A stretch of DNA of 64,000 nt from Nitrososphaera sp. (lineage in GTDB: Archaea > Thermoproteota > Nitrososphaeria > Nitrososphaerales > Nitrososphaeraceae), in NCBI RefSeq assembly GCF_013388945.1, contig NZ_JACAEH010000012.1, forward strand, positions 5,303 to 69,302, in the 5' to 3' direction. Both the position numbers and the translations under genes were made by a program. Below are positions 42,825 to 51,914 of this stretch, one piece after another. The stretch's first letter is position 1. Every line of letters begins with the position of its first letter. A model generated the notes under the pieces. That model was not told the origin of the DNA. It worked only from the letters and a program-made list of their open reading frames with translations, and made no database searches.

Positions 42825-43850
42825 ATGGGGCTTGACCTAAAGCCGCTTGTGACGGCGCAGCCTATCAAGCTTGCCGAGCTGTCAGGCAAGGTTGTGGCAA
42901 TCGACGCTTTTAACGCAATCTACCAGTTCCTTGCCACGATAAGAGGTCCGACGGGAGAGCCCCTCATGAACGGAAAAGGCGAGATAACGAGCCACCTGAG
43001 CGGCCTTTTCTATCGCAACGTCAACCTGCTTGTGGAGAACATCAAGCCAGTTTACGTCTTTGACGGCAAGATGCACGCGCTCAAGACCCAGGAGGTAGAG
43101 CGCAGACAGCAGGTCAAGCAGGAAGCGATGAAACAGTACAGCCAGGCGCTTGAAGAGGGCAGGATGGAAGACGCGGTGAAGTACGGCAAGCGCACCTCTG
43201 TTCTGACTGAAAGCATGGTGGAAGAATCGAAGAGACTTTTGGCGGCGCTTGGCATACCGCACGTACAGGCGCCTGCAGACGGCGAGGCTGCGGCCGCGCA
43301 CCTGACAAAGGCAGACCTTGCATACGCTGCTGCAAGCCAGGACTATGACTCGATACTGTTTGGCGCAAAAAGGCTCGTGCGCAACCTTGCAGTCAGCGGC
43401 CGGCGCAAGGTGCCAAACCGCAACGCGTACGTGGACGTCGAGCCGGAGATGATAGAGCACGACAACGTCTTGAAGGAGACCGGCCTTTCGCACGAGCAGC
43501 TGGTCGACGTCGGCATACTGATAGGCACCGACTTTAACCCCGGCGGGTTTTCCGGCATTGGCCCCAAGACCGCGCTCAAGCTGATAAAAGAAAGTGGCAA
43601 ACTTGAAAACGTCGCCAAGGTAAAGGACCAGCTGCAGGAAGTACCGTACCAGGAAATACGCGACATTTTCTTGAAGCCGGAAGTACCCAAGATAGACAGG
43701 ATTGACTTTGGAGCTGTCGACAGGGAAAAGGTGCTTGACTATTTGTGCGTGCAGAAAAGTTTCTCTACAGACAGGGTTGCAGGCACGCTTGACAGGCTGC
43801 AGAAGGCCCAGGACAGCAGGAGCCAGTCGCTTGAAAAGTGGTTCGGCTAG
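42825..43850 (+). CDS. fen: Flap endonuclease 1
   Basis: N-terminus (MGLDLKPLV..IDAFNAIYQFL), I-region (AEGEAAAA-like ADGEAAAAHL, SQDYDS) and H3TH (GTDFNPGG..GIGPKTALKL). Confidence 0.95.
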   Translation: MGLDLKPLVTAQPIKLAELSGKVVAIDAFNAIYQFLATIRGPTGEPLMNGKGEITSHLSGLFYRNVNLLVENIKPVYVFDGKMHALKTQEVERRQQVKQEAMKQYSQALEEGRMEDAVKYGKRTSVLTESMVEESKRLLAALGIPHVQAPADGEAAAAHLTKADLAYAAASQDYDSILFGAKRLVRNLAVSGRRKVPNRNAYVDVEPEMIEHDNVLKETGLSHEQLVDVGILIGTDFNPGGFSGIGPKTALKLIKESGKLENVAKVKDQLQEVPYQEIRDIFLKPEVPKIDRIDFGAVDREKVLDYLCVQKSFSTDRVAGTLDRLQKAQDSRSQSLEKWFG

Positions 43851-43854
43851 CGGA

Positions 43855-43974
43855 ATGATATTCCGGGATTGGAATATTTTGAGCGTGGGTTGGAATATAT
43901 TCCACAAAAACACAGGGGCAGTCCTCATCGTCACTTGTGGCAACATCTTGCCATGTCGGCCTAAAAAGAAGTAA
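43855..43974 (+). CDS. Candidate degenerate HicA-like mini-ORF (39 aa), very tentative
   Basis: ATG ORF directly upstream of the HicB-like gene, which is the canonical hicA-hicB order. Only a weak resemblance (GWNIFHKNTGAVLIV against GF..vRq.GSHvil), and the catalytic His context is not evident. Confidence 0.2.
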   Translation: MIFRDWNILSVGWNIFHKNTGAVLIVTCGNILPCRPKKK

Positions 43975-44006
43975 TTTTCTTATAAGCAGATGCTTCAAGT
44001 GATACC

Positions 44007-44174
44007 GTGGCGAAAAGAGAATACAATATTGCTGTGAAAAAAGACGGCAAGTTCTACGTCGGCTACTGCCCAGAGATCCCGCAGGCAAGGGGGCAAGGAA
44101 ACACAAAGGCCGAGGCCATAAAGGACGCAAAACGCGCCATCAGACTTTGCAGGGCCTTTCTCGAATTGCTATGA
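44007..44174 (+). CDS. hicB: HicB-like antitoxin-family (UPF0150) small protein, 55 aa, not in the ORF track
   Basis: VAKREYNIAVKKDGKFYVGYCPEIPQARGQGNTKAEAIKDAKRAIRLCRAFLELL matches the HicB N-domain pattern (d.dG.y.a.vPelpGc.tqG.T.eEAl.n..eAi). GTG start. Confidence 0.6.
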   Translation: MAKREYNIAVKKDGKFYVGYCPEIPQARGQGNTKAEAIKDAKRAIRLCRAFLELL

Positions 44175-44221
44175 GAAGAAAGGTCGATTATTTTATATAG
44201 ACTTATTCTGGCTTAGGGGCT

Positions 44222-44926
44222 GTGGTAAACCCAAGAGCATGGCTTGCTGAAGCCATCGGAACTTATGCGCTGGTCTTCTTTGGACCGCTTGCAATCACAA
44301 TAGCGATAGCGATGTTTGACCTCGGCATGGGGCCGGACGCCCTCCTCATAATCTCGTTTGCGCACGGCGCAGTGATAGGCCTCATGGTCTACGTGTTCGG
44401 CCACGTGTCAGGCACGCACATCAACCCTGCTGTGACCATAGCCATGATGGCTACAAAGAGGATGAGCCCCAAAGACGGCGGGCCGTACATCGCCTTCCAG
44501 CTGATAGGCGCGGTCCTGGCGTCTGCGACGCTTGCAGCCATCATCCCGACTTTTGCGAGCGAGGTCAACTATGGCGTACAGGGCGGGCCGAGCGAATTCT
44601 TGGAAGGCAGCGCCGGCGCGGCGTTTGCAGTTGAGGTGATACTGACCTTCTTCCTTATGACTACGATATACATGGTGGCAGTCCACAAAAAGGCGGCGCC
44701 CGGCTTTGCAGGCATTGCAATCGGCGGCATGATATTTCTGCTCCACCTAGTAGGCGTCCCGCTGACCGGTGCAAGCATGAACCCTGCAAGGACGTTTGGG
44801 CCTGCGCTCGTGTCAGGCTACTGGGACTTTCACTGGGTGTACTGGGCAGGCCCCATAATCGGCGCGCTCATCGCTGCCTTTGTCATGAACTATATCTTTG
44901 TGAAAAAGGCAGAAAAAGAGGCCTAG
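44222..44926 (+). CDS. aqpM: Aquaporin / MIP-family channel
   Basis: Two NPA boxes (HINPAVT, SMNPARTFG) and 6 TM helices. Confidence 0.9.
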   Translation: MVNPRAWLAEAIGTYALVFFGPLAITIAIAMFDLGMGPDALLIISFAHGAVIGLMVYVFGHVSGTHINPAVTIAMMATKRMSPKDGGPYIAFQLIGAVLASATLAAIIPTFASEVNYGVQGGPSEFLEGSAGAAFAVEVILTFFLMTTIYMVAVHKKAAPGFAGIAIGGMIFLLHLVGVPLTGASMNPARTFGPALVSGYWDFHWVYWAGPIIGALIAAFVMNYIFVKKAEKEA

Positions 44927-45510
44927 AGCTGCGACAGAGCCCTAGAGTGCTTGTGCGTGTGCGGACGCTCGCCGGCGTATTTCCGGCGCATGTGGCCCGA
45001 CGGGCGGCCGTACAGCAATTCAAGGAACCACGACTCGTGCTCTATCTCCTCCTTCAGGATGTCCTTGGCAATCTCGTACGTGGACGGGTCCTTTCCTAAA
45101 GTGAGGTTGCACATCTTGTTCCAGTTCACGATTGCACCCTGTTCTGCCGCCAGGCACTTTTTCATTATCTCTTTGTGGTCAGTCGGCGTCGGCTTTGGTA
45201 ATTGCAGGAACTCGCAGCCTGACATGCGCACAAACTCCATTGCGTCGTCTGGCAGTGAACCGCCCAGTTCATAGATGCGCTGTATGCACGACTCGAAATG
45301 GCTCAGGTCTTCAAGGCGCGCGTCCTCTATGACACCCTTTAGACCCTCGCCTTCAAGCGTGGTGCAGTGCGCGCGCAGGTTTGTAAAGTAATAGTACGCG
45401 GTGAACTCTACCGACGCGTTGTATATCAGCTGCTTCAGTATCTCGTCCACGTTTGCCCCGTTCTGCTTCAGCACGTTGATGCCTACGACGTTTATCTTTT
45501 CTTCAGTCAT
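44923..45510 (-). CDS. Ferritin-like / Dps-like protein
   Basis: Four-helix ferritin-like pattern with E..H pairs (EDLSHFE, EEIEHESWF). Confidence 0.75.
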   Translation of the reverse strand: MTEEKINVVGINVLKQNGANVDEILKQLIYNASVEFTAYYYFTNLRAHCTTLEGEGLKGVIEDARLEDLSHFESCIQRIYELGGSLPDDAMEFVRMSGCEFLQLPKPTPTDHKEIMKKCLAAEQGAIVNWNKMCNLTLGKDPSTYEIAKDILKEEIEHESWFLELLYGRPSGHMRRKYAGERPHTHKHSRALSQL

Positions 45511-45555
45511 CCTACTGTCCGGGTAGGCGGGGAGGGTACGCGCTAATAAGGATTC

Positions 45556-45984
45556 TCAAAGATCGAGCAGAAACCGCACCGTTGTCCTGCCGCGCTCTTG
45601 CTTTACCATCATCTCGTGGTAGGTGACTGCCTTTATCTCCACCTTGTACGCGTGCTTTTTCAGGTCCAGTTTCTCGCCCCTTGCAACGCCGGCAAGCAAA
45701 TACCCGCCGTCTTTCTTGCTGATTTTCACAGAAAACTCGGACATCACTATCCCGTCTGCGACAAGGACGAGCATCACCTTGTCCAGCCAGTCAAACAAAA
45801 GCGACTCCAGGTCGTGCCCTTCCGCCTCTATCCTGATCTCGCGGTCCGGCCTGACATCTTTCAGGTCTATCATGGTGTCGTTGAGGCCTTTAGCCGCCTG
45901 CTCAAACGCCTCCTCCAGGGTCTCGCCGTAGGCCTCGATGACAGCGTCTGTCATGTGCTCCAGAAATCGGTAGCCGCCGGCCAT
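45556..45984 (-). CDS. Archease
   Basis: N-terminal YRFLEHMTDAVIEAYG and C-terminal KAVTYHEM motifs. Confidence 0.9.
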   Translation of the reverse strand: MAGGYRFLEHMTDAVIEAYGETLEEAFEQAAKGLNDTMIDLKDVRPDREIRIEAEGHDLESLLFDWLDKVMLVLVADGIVMSEFSVKISKKDGGYLLAGVARGEKLDLKKHAYKVEIKAVTYHEMMVKQERGRTTVRFLLDL

Positions 45985-46056
45985 CAGGGCTGATCACACG
46001 GTTTGCTATAACTACCTAACGCAAAATCTAAATGCTGACAACCTTGTGTTGAAGGT

Positions 46057-47334
46057 GTGAAGATAGAGCTTCCCCGCGGGATGCGGGACGTCGAGCCCGA
46101 AGACCTTGACGGCATAAACTATGTGCGCGACAGGTTCTTCGAGACCGCGCGCCTTTTCAACTTCAAGATGATGGAGCCAACGCCCATCGAGCTTTTGTCG
46201 ACTCTAGAGGCAAAGAGCGGGGCTTCTATCTCAAACGAGATTTACGCGTTCAAGGACAAGGGCGACCGCGACGTGGCCCTGCGCTTTGACCTGACCATTG
46301 GCCTCACCAGGTATGTGGCGCTTAGACGCGACCTGAAGATGCCAGTCAAGCTCGCGTCGTTTGCCGGCGTGTGGCGCTACGACGAGCCGCAGGCAGGCAG
46401 GTATCGGTATTTCCACCAGTGGGACATCGAAGTCTACGGCCCCAAGTCGCAGGAATCCGACGCAGAAGTTATAGAGTTTGTGGCCTCGTTCTTCAAAAAG
46501 CTGGGCCTTGAAGTGTCAATTCAGGTAAACGACAGGCAGGTAATCGAGCAGTTCATCAGGGAAAAACTCGGCATAACAGAAGAAGAAAAGGTGCTAGAGA
46601 TGTTCCGGGCAGTCGACAAGGTGTCAAAAAAGGGCGCGCCGGCAGTCATTGAAGAATACAAAGAGTCGGTAGACCCCATCAAGCTGCAGGCGCTGCTCGA
46701 CCTGTCGCAGATAAAGGGCTCTGTCGACTATGCCACCATTTCAGCAGACATCCAGAACCTCGAAGGCTGGGACAGGCTCGTGTCGCTCATGGACTCGCTC
46801 AAGTCGAGGAAGGTCGACAACGCCTTTCTGAACCTCGGCATAGTGCGCGGGCTTGACTACTATTCTGGCATGGTCTTTGAGGTCTTTGACGCAAACTCGG
46901 ACGGGGGCGCGCTCGTGGGCGGAGGGAGGTACGACAGGCTGACAGACGCGTTTGGCCGCAAGGACATCGGCGCTACGGGCGCGGCCGGCGGGATAGAGCG
47001 CATCCTGATGGCGCTCCAAAAGCGCGGCGCGGTAACAAAGCAGGCCCGGCCGCTTGTGTACGTCGCGTACGCAAGCGACGACATGAAGGGCAGGGCGCTA
47101 GAGATGGCGTCGCTTTTGCGCAACAGCGGCATACCGGCAGACTATGACATCCTCGGACGGGCGCTGCGCAAGCAGCTTGACGACGCGGCAAGCAGGGACG
47201 CCACGATAGCAGTAATAGTCGCGGCAAGCGACATGGCAGAGGGCAAGGTTACAGTACGGTCGATGAAGGACGGCACGGAAAACAAGCAGCCGTTTGAAGG
47301 CATTATAGAAATGATAAGGAGTATGGAGGGCTAG
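46057..47334 (+). CDS. hisS: Histidine--tRNA ligase
   Basis: Class II motifs (PRGMRD, FRYDEPQAGRYR, GGGRYD) and an anticodon-binding domain. Confidence 0.95.
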   Translation: MKIELPRGMRDVEPEDLDGINYVRDRFFETARLFNFKMMEPTPIELLSTLEAKSGASISNEIYAFKDKGDRDVALRFDLTIGLTRYVALRRDLKMPVKLASFAGVWRYDEPQAGRYRYFHQWDIEVYGPKSQESDAEVIEFVASFFKKLGLEVSIQVNDRQVIEQFIREKLGITEEEKVLEMFRAVDKVSKKGAPAVIEEYKESVDPIKLQALLDLSQIKGSVDYATISADIQNLEGWDRLVSLMDSLKSRKVDNAFLNLGIVRGLDYYSGMVFEVFDANSDGGALVGGGRYDRLTDAFGRKDIGATGAAGGIERILMALQKRGAVTKQARPLVYVAYASDDMKGRALEMASLLRNSGIPADYDILGRALRKQLDDAASRDATIAVIVAASDMAEGKVTVRSMKDGTENKQPFEGIIEMIRSMEG

Positions 47335-47603
47335 AGCTTTATCATCGCCACGCTCTTCATCTTGACAATACCGCTTGGCTTTTTGTCGTAGACTGTCCTG
47401 ACCACGAGGTCGGGCGGATCGTAGCTGACAAACAGGTCGCCGGGGTCAAGCAGCTGCATGTCATAATTTACCTCAATTACTTCTGGCCTGATGCCGTTTT
47501 CTGCCAGCCTGGCCTTTGCCCTGCCTATCAGCTCCTGGTCAGACGTGTTTGGCGCAAGAAAGACCTTTGGCTTGGCGCTTGTCAGGAACTGGCTCAGGTC
47601 CAT
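47331..47603 (-). CDS. Hypothetical protein
   Basis: 90-codon ORF, host-like codon usage. Confidence 0.5.
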   Translation of the reverse strand: MDLSQFLTSAKPKVFLAPNTSDQELIGRAKARLAENGIRPEVIEVNYDMQLLDPGDLFVSYDPPDLVVRTVYDKKPSGIVKMKSVAMIKL

Positions 47604-47626
47604 GCGGGGAAGCGAACCTTGCTCGA

Positions 47627-48004
47627 CTAATAACCTTTCGCAGGCTCTTGCGAGCCCACTACCTTGAACCGGTACTGCGAGAAGCTCTGCCGGTACATGC
47701 GCGCGTACGACTCTGCGGCATCGTAGGTGCGGAAGACCTGCCTGACGCCGTCTATCGACACCTTCTGCCCATAGACGTCGATTATCTCGACTGCATACGA
47801 CTTGGGAAGCTTCCTAGCCTGCCTCAGCATTATCACCGTGCTCACTATGATAAAGATGACAGTGACAGTGCAGATGGCGGCAAACTCAAAGTCCTTTGCA
47901 AAGGCGCCAACAGGGCTTGCGACGTTCTGATAGAGCCACGAGTAAGTGACAAGAATGGCTGCCGCCGGCGCACCTAGCAAGGCCCTGAGCATATAGACTG
48001 CCAC
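47627..48004 (-). CDS. Hypothetical membrane protein
   Basis: Two predicted TM helices, then a soluble C-terminal domain. Lies downstream of amt. Confidence 0.5.
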   Translation of the reverse strand: MAVYMLRALLGAPAAAILVTYSWLYQNVASPVGAFAKDFEFAAICTVTVIFIIVSTVIMLRQARKLPKSYAVEIIDVYGQKVSIDGVRQVFRTYDAAESYARMYRQSFSQYRFKVVGSQEPAKGY

Positions 48005-48074
48005 GGTAGCAGAAATATTAAGCGTTGTGGTGTCAAAAAAATGAAAAAGGAAAAAGAGGGGACAGGCTTTAGGC

Positions 48075-49529
48075 CTAGTCCATCGCGTAGGCGCGTTCGC
48101 CGTGCTGCGCCAGGTCGAGGCCGACTTCTTCCTCTTTTGGCGTGACGCGGATTCCGCCGGGCCACACTGCGTCCATCACCTTGATGATGATGGCAGTGAT
48201 ACCCATTGCCCATGCAAGCGCTGCAAACGCACCGACTGCGTTCTCGTAGAGCTGCGCAGGGTTGCCAAAGGCAAGGCCCTGGTCACCCCACGAGTACCTG
48301 CTCTCGGAGAAGATGCCGGTGAGAAGTGCGCCAGCAAGACCGCCGATTCCGTGAACGCCCCATGTGTCCAGCGCGTCGTCCCACTTGCGCTTGTTCTTGA
48401 AGGCAACCGCCGCGTAGCAGACAATCGACGCAATGACGCCAATTATGATGGCAGACATTGGCGACACGAAGCCTGCCGCAGGCGTGATTGCCACGAGCCC
48501 TGCAACTGCGCCAGACGCGGCGCCGACAGTCGAGGCCCTGCCTGTGTGCGCCCACGAAATGAGCGACCACGTGAGAGCCGCGGTGCCTGTTGCAACCTGG
48601 GTGGCGACAAACGCTCCTGTTGCCGCGTTGCTTGCGTCACCTGCCGAACCTGCGTTGAAGCCGAACCAGCCGACCCAGAGCAGGGCAGCTCCCATGACCA
48701 CCATTCCGACGTTGTGCGGTTCCATCGGGATCTTGCCGTACCCGAGCCTGCGTCCAAGCATCAGCGCGACTACAAGTCCTGCCCAGCCTGAGGTGATGTG
48801 GATGACTGTTCCGCCTGCAAAGTCAAGCGAGCCCAGTTCGCCCGTCCAACCAAGCGCCGTGCCGTTGGAACCGAGCGACCACGTCCAGTGGGCGGCAAAG
48901 TCATAGACAAACGTAGTCCAGAGGATCACGAAGATGAGGAATGCGCTGAATTTCATCCTCTCTGCAAGCGATGCAACTATCAGTGCGGGTGTGATGATGG
49001 CGAACATCATCTGGAATATCATCAGTGTCTGGTGCGGTATTGTCAGGGTGTAGACATCAGAAGGCGCGTCGTGCAGCACGTTCTGCAGTCCTGCCCATTC
49101 CAGGGTGCCGATAAAGCCGTAGCCGGCGTCGGGACCGAAAGAAAGGCTGTACCCAAAGAGCACCCACTGGATTCCCACCAAGCCTGTGGTGACGAACACC
49201 ATGTGGAGCACGTTGACGCTGTTCTTACGCCTCGCAAGGCCTCCGTAAAAGAACGCAAGACCTGCAGGAGTCATCATCAGCACGAGGGCCGACGAGGTCA
49301 GCATCCATGCGTTGTCTCCGCTGTTGATCTCTGCTGCAATCAAGGCTCCGTCTTCATCCAGCAAAAAGTTGCCTTCTTCGTCTGTCTGCCACGAGTGGTA
49401 CTTTACCGCAGGGTCGTCAGGCATTGTCTTGGAGTTGTATGCGTACGCCGGGGCAATGCTGATAGTTCCTGCAAGCACCGCTGCAATGGCCAGCATAAGG
49501 AAGAGGTTAGCTCTCTTCATTTTGACCAT
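48075..49529 (-). CDS. amt: Ammonium transporter (Amt family) with signal peptide
   Basis: Amt signatures DFAGGTVIH, GWFGFNAGS and HGIGG. Start set at ATG 49529 (MVKMKRANLFLMLAIAAV). Confidence 0.9.
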   Translation of the reverse strand: MVKMKRANLFLMLAIAAVLAGTISIAPAYAYNSKTMPDDPAVKYHSWQTDEEGNFLLDEDGALIAAEINSGDNAWMLTSSALVLMMTPAGLAFFYGGLARRKNSVNVLHMVFVTTGLVGIQWVLFGYSLSFGPDAGYGFIGTLEWAGLQNVLHDAPSDVYTLTIPHQTLMIFQMMFAIITPALIVASLAERMKFSAFLIFVILWTTFVYDFAAHWTWSLGSNGTALGWTGELGSLDFAGGTVIHITSGWAGLVVALMLGRRLGYGKIPMEPHNVGMVVMGAALLWVGWFGFNAGSAGDASNAATGAFVATQVATGTAALTWSLISWAHTGRASTVGAASGAVAGLVAITPAAGFVSPMSAIIIGVIASIVCYAAVAFKNKRKWDDALDTWGVHGIGGLAGALLTGIFSESRYSWGDQGLAFGNPAQLYENAVGAFAALAWAMGITAIIIKVMDAVWPGGIRVTPKEEEVGLDLAQHGERAYAMD

Positions 49530-49738
49530 AGGAGCACCGTGGGAGCTGTGAATAAAAGTATTAGGCATATTTTCTGTAGACTTGCAGATAGATTGATTTG
49601 ATCTATGCAACCAATAATTATCTTAAGCTAGCCATGTCGCCTTATTATCATGATTATTCAATTTTATGATATCATGCCCTGCGAGGCGGACGAGGCAGGT
49701 CAGAAATAAATATACTCTGCGTGTCCAGTAAGTGAGCC

Positions 49739-50611
49739 TTGCCAAAGCCAGAGGAGCTCGTCAGCGACTGGAAGAGAAGCGTAGTCGACGACGTGATAGC
49801 AGACAGGACCGACGACCTGGCAAGGTTTGCCCTGCACGCTGCGAGGATCCTTGCATACCCCGACCTTGACGTGAACGACGCGCTAAGAAAGGTGGACGAC
49901 ATGGGGAGGCAGGCGGCAGAGTCTGCCAAGAAAAAGCTGGCAACCCCGCGCAGGCCGACCCAGGTGATTGAGCACATCAACAGCTACCTGTTTGAGACCC
50001 AGAAGTTCAGGCCAAACACGGACGACTATTACAACCCGCTCAACAGCTACCTCAATGTCGTCATGGAGCGCAAGACTGGCATACCCATCACGCTTTGCAT
50101 ACTCTACATGCGCGTCGCCGGCGCGCTCGACTTTCAGCTTTTGCCAATAAATTTCCCGTCGCACTTTTTGCTCAAGCATGTGATGGAAGGGGGCAACGGC
50201 GAGATAGTGATAGACCCGTTCAACGGCGGCAGGATAATGGACGACTATGCGCTCAAGGCGCTGCTTGAGCGCTCGTATCCCGGCAGGCAGATATCGCTCA
50301 CAAGGGCGTTTGTGGAAAAGACCACCGCGTCGCAGGCAGTCATCCGCCTGCTCAACAACCTGAAGGGCAGCTACTACGAGTCACAGGACATGGACAAGTA
50401 CGAGCTTGCAAACGAGATGGTGCTTGCAATTGATCAGTACAACCCGGACGCAATCAGGGACAGGGGGATTGTGCTTTTGAAGAAGGGACTGTCCGACGAG
50501 GCAGCAAGCGCGCTGAACATGTACCTTGAAGTCGACCCAGAGGCAGAGGACGCCGACGACGTGCTTGACATAATAAGGCAGATAAGGTCCGGCACGTACG
50601 GTAAGAAATGA
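49739..50611 (+). CDS. Transglutaminase-like/TPR protein (SirB1/UPF0162-like)
   Basis: GIPITLCILYMRVAGALDF...NFPSHFLLK core followed by a TPR-like C-terminus. Confidence 0.7.
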   Translation: MPKPEELVSDWKRSVVDDVIADRTDDLARFALHAARILAYPDLDVNDALRKVDDMGRQAAESAKKKLATPRRPTQVIEHINSYLFETQKFRPNTDDYYNPLNSYLNVVMERKTGIPITLCILYMRVAGALDFQLLPINFPSHFLLKHVMEGGNGEIVIDPFNGGRIMDDYALKALLERSYPGRQISLTRAFVEKTTASQAVIRLLNNLKGSYYESQDMDKYELANEMVLAIDQYNPDAIRDRGIVLLKKGLSDEAASALNMYLEVDPEAEDADDVLDIIRQIRSGTYGKK

Positions 50612-50859
50612 AGTACCTTGTGGCCGGCTCTGCATTGCTTCTGGCTGGCGGCGTCGCCGCGGTCTTGCTCAATATCCAGGGCGCGTCGTGCCTGACGCAG
50701 CTGGCAAGGGTCGACAGGTCCGCGTTTCCGCCCGACGTGCTCGAGCAGATGGAGCAAGACTGCTTTATCATCACCAACTCGTACGTCTACTCGCTCTTTG
50801 CAGCAGTCGCAGGTGCCGTGGTCCTAGGCTACTGGTATTTCAGGCGGCGCAAGGCGTAG
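50608..50859 (+). CDS. Small membrane protein
   Basis: ATGA overlap with the upstream gene. Two TM helices. Confidence 0.55.
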   Translation: MKYLVAGSALLLAGGVAAVLLNIQGASCLTQLARVDRSAFPPDVLEQMEQDCFIITNSYVYSLFAAVAGAVVLGYWYFRRRKA

Positions 50860-50865
50860 TCGCGC

Positions 50866-51123
50866 TTATGCCCGCCGAAAATCAAGCCTTACGCCGCGAC
50901 GTTGGCGGTAGTCAAACCTGAAAAGCTCGCCGGCTTCAACTTGCAGCGGCTCTAACAGGCGGTTGCATGCAGGGCAGTTCTTTATGGCGTGCCCGCCCAT
51001 TCCAGAGGCGCACCAGTAGCACGAGTTGCACAGAAGGAAAAAGACGCGCTCTGCAAAGCGCCCGCCTGCAGATTCTGGCACGTTGAAGACAGTTCCAGAA
51101 CCAGCAGATGCAGACCGACCCAT
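50866..51123 (-). CDS. Small zinc-finger protein, FLLCxSCxWCA family (paralog of 41072..41287)
   Basis: See 41072..41287. Start set at ATG 51123 (MGRSASAG...). Confidence 0.55.
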   Translation of the reverse strand: MGRSASAGSGTVFNVPESAGGRFAERVFFLLCNSCYWCASGMGGHAIKNCPACNRLLEPLQVEAGELFRFDYRQRRGVRLDFRRA

Positions 51124-51337
51124 TTTCTCTATTCCTCCAGCCAGACCCGTATGTAACCACGGGGTGGCCGGGGATAATGCGGATCCCCGGAGCCACCCCG
51201 GCTTGTAGGGTTGGTCTTGAAGACAACTATTATTGCATGAGAGGATAGTAAAGGGCACCGAACGGAACCTTCTATCTTTATATACTATCCACGGGCAGGC
51301 GCCGTGTTTTTATCCGGCCCAAGCCCGCCGGATAACG

Positions 51338-51664
51338 ATGATGATTTTTCGCCTGCCGGCCCTTGCAGACCTGAAGAAGGCCGGCCACCAGGAGCGCATG
51401 AACCTGTACCGCAGGTATTTTGCTTCAAGCAGGTACAACCGCCTGCTCATCCAGCAGACGCTTGTCAAGTCCGCCGCCGACCCGGGCCTTGCAAAGGAGG
51501 TGGAGAGGATGGAGCAGGAGCACAACCGTGACTTTGCAGAGACAGTAGGCAGGATAAAGGAGTACGGCTACCTCGACGAGTTCCTGGACGCAGTAAAAGA
51601 AGAGGACGACGCCCTGCAGAAGGTAATAGAGGCATACGACACGCGGATGCGCGCAGGCAGGTGA
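51338..51664 (+). CDS. Hypothetical helical protein
   Basis: ORF from ATG 51338 (MMIFRLPALADLKK...). Divergent from the zinc-finger gene. Confidence 0.5.
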   Translation: MMIFRLPALADLKKAGHQERMNLYRRYFASSRYNRLLIQQTLVKSAADPGLAKEVERMEQEHNRDFAETVGRIKEYGYLDEFLDAVKEEDDALQKVIEAYDTRMRAGR

Positions 51665-51705
51665 CGGCAAGGATATAATACGGCGGCGCCTCTTACAGAG
51701 GCGGC

Positions 51706-51882
51706 GTGGCCATAAAGAAGATCAAGTGCGACTGCGGCAGGTTCATCGAGTACACTGACCGCGTGATAGGCGGAAGCAACGCCCAGTCAGGCATGCTTGT
51801 CTGCTCCAAGTGCGGCAAGGAGCATCCAATAACGTTCCTCGGCTTTTTGAGCGAGATAAAAAACGCGACCCTCAAGCGCTAG
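51706..51882 (+). CDS. Small zinc-ribbon protein (58 aa), not in the ORF track
   Basis: GTG ORF: VAIKKIKCDCGRFIEYTDRVIGGSNAQSGMLVCSKCGKEHPITFLGFLSEIKNATLKR (CxC ... CxxC). Confidence 0.45.
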   Translation: MAIKKIKCDCGRFIEYTDRVIGGSNAQSGMLVCSKCGKEHPITFLGFLSEIKNATLKR

Positions 51883-51914
51883 GTTTTTCTATACAACCGA
51901 TTGATGCCACATCC

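Noticed and set aside
42882-43946. 354-aa minus-strand ORF antisense to fen
   Set aside because: The plus-strand frame encodes an unmistakable FEN-1. The antisense ORF is an Arg/Leu/Val-rich shadow typical of GC-rich coding DNA. The same reasoning applies to 3908..4501, 17855..18622, 35752..36354, 36351..36929, 37349..37963, 38074..38781, 38933..39649, 48102..48791, 48798..49601 and 60987..61562.
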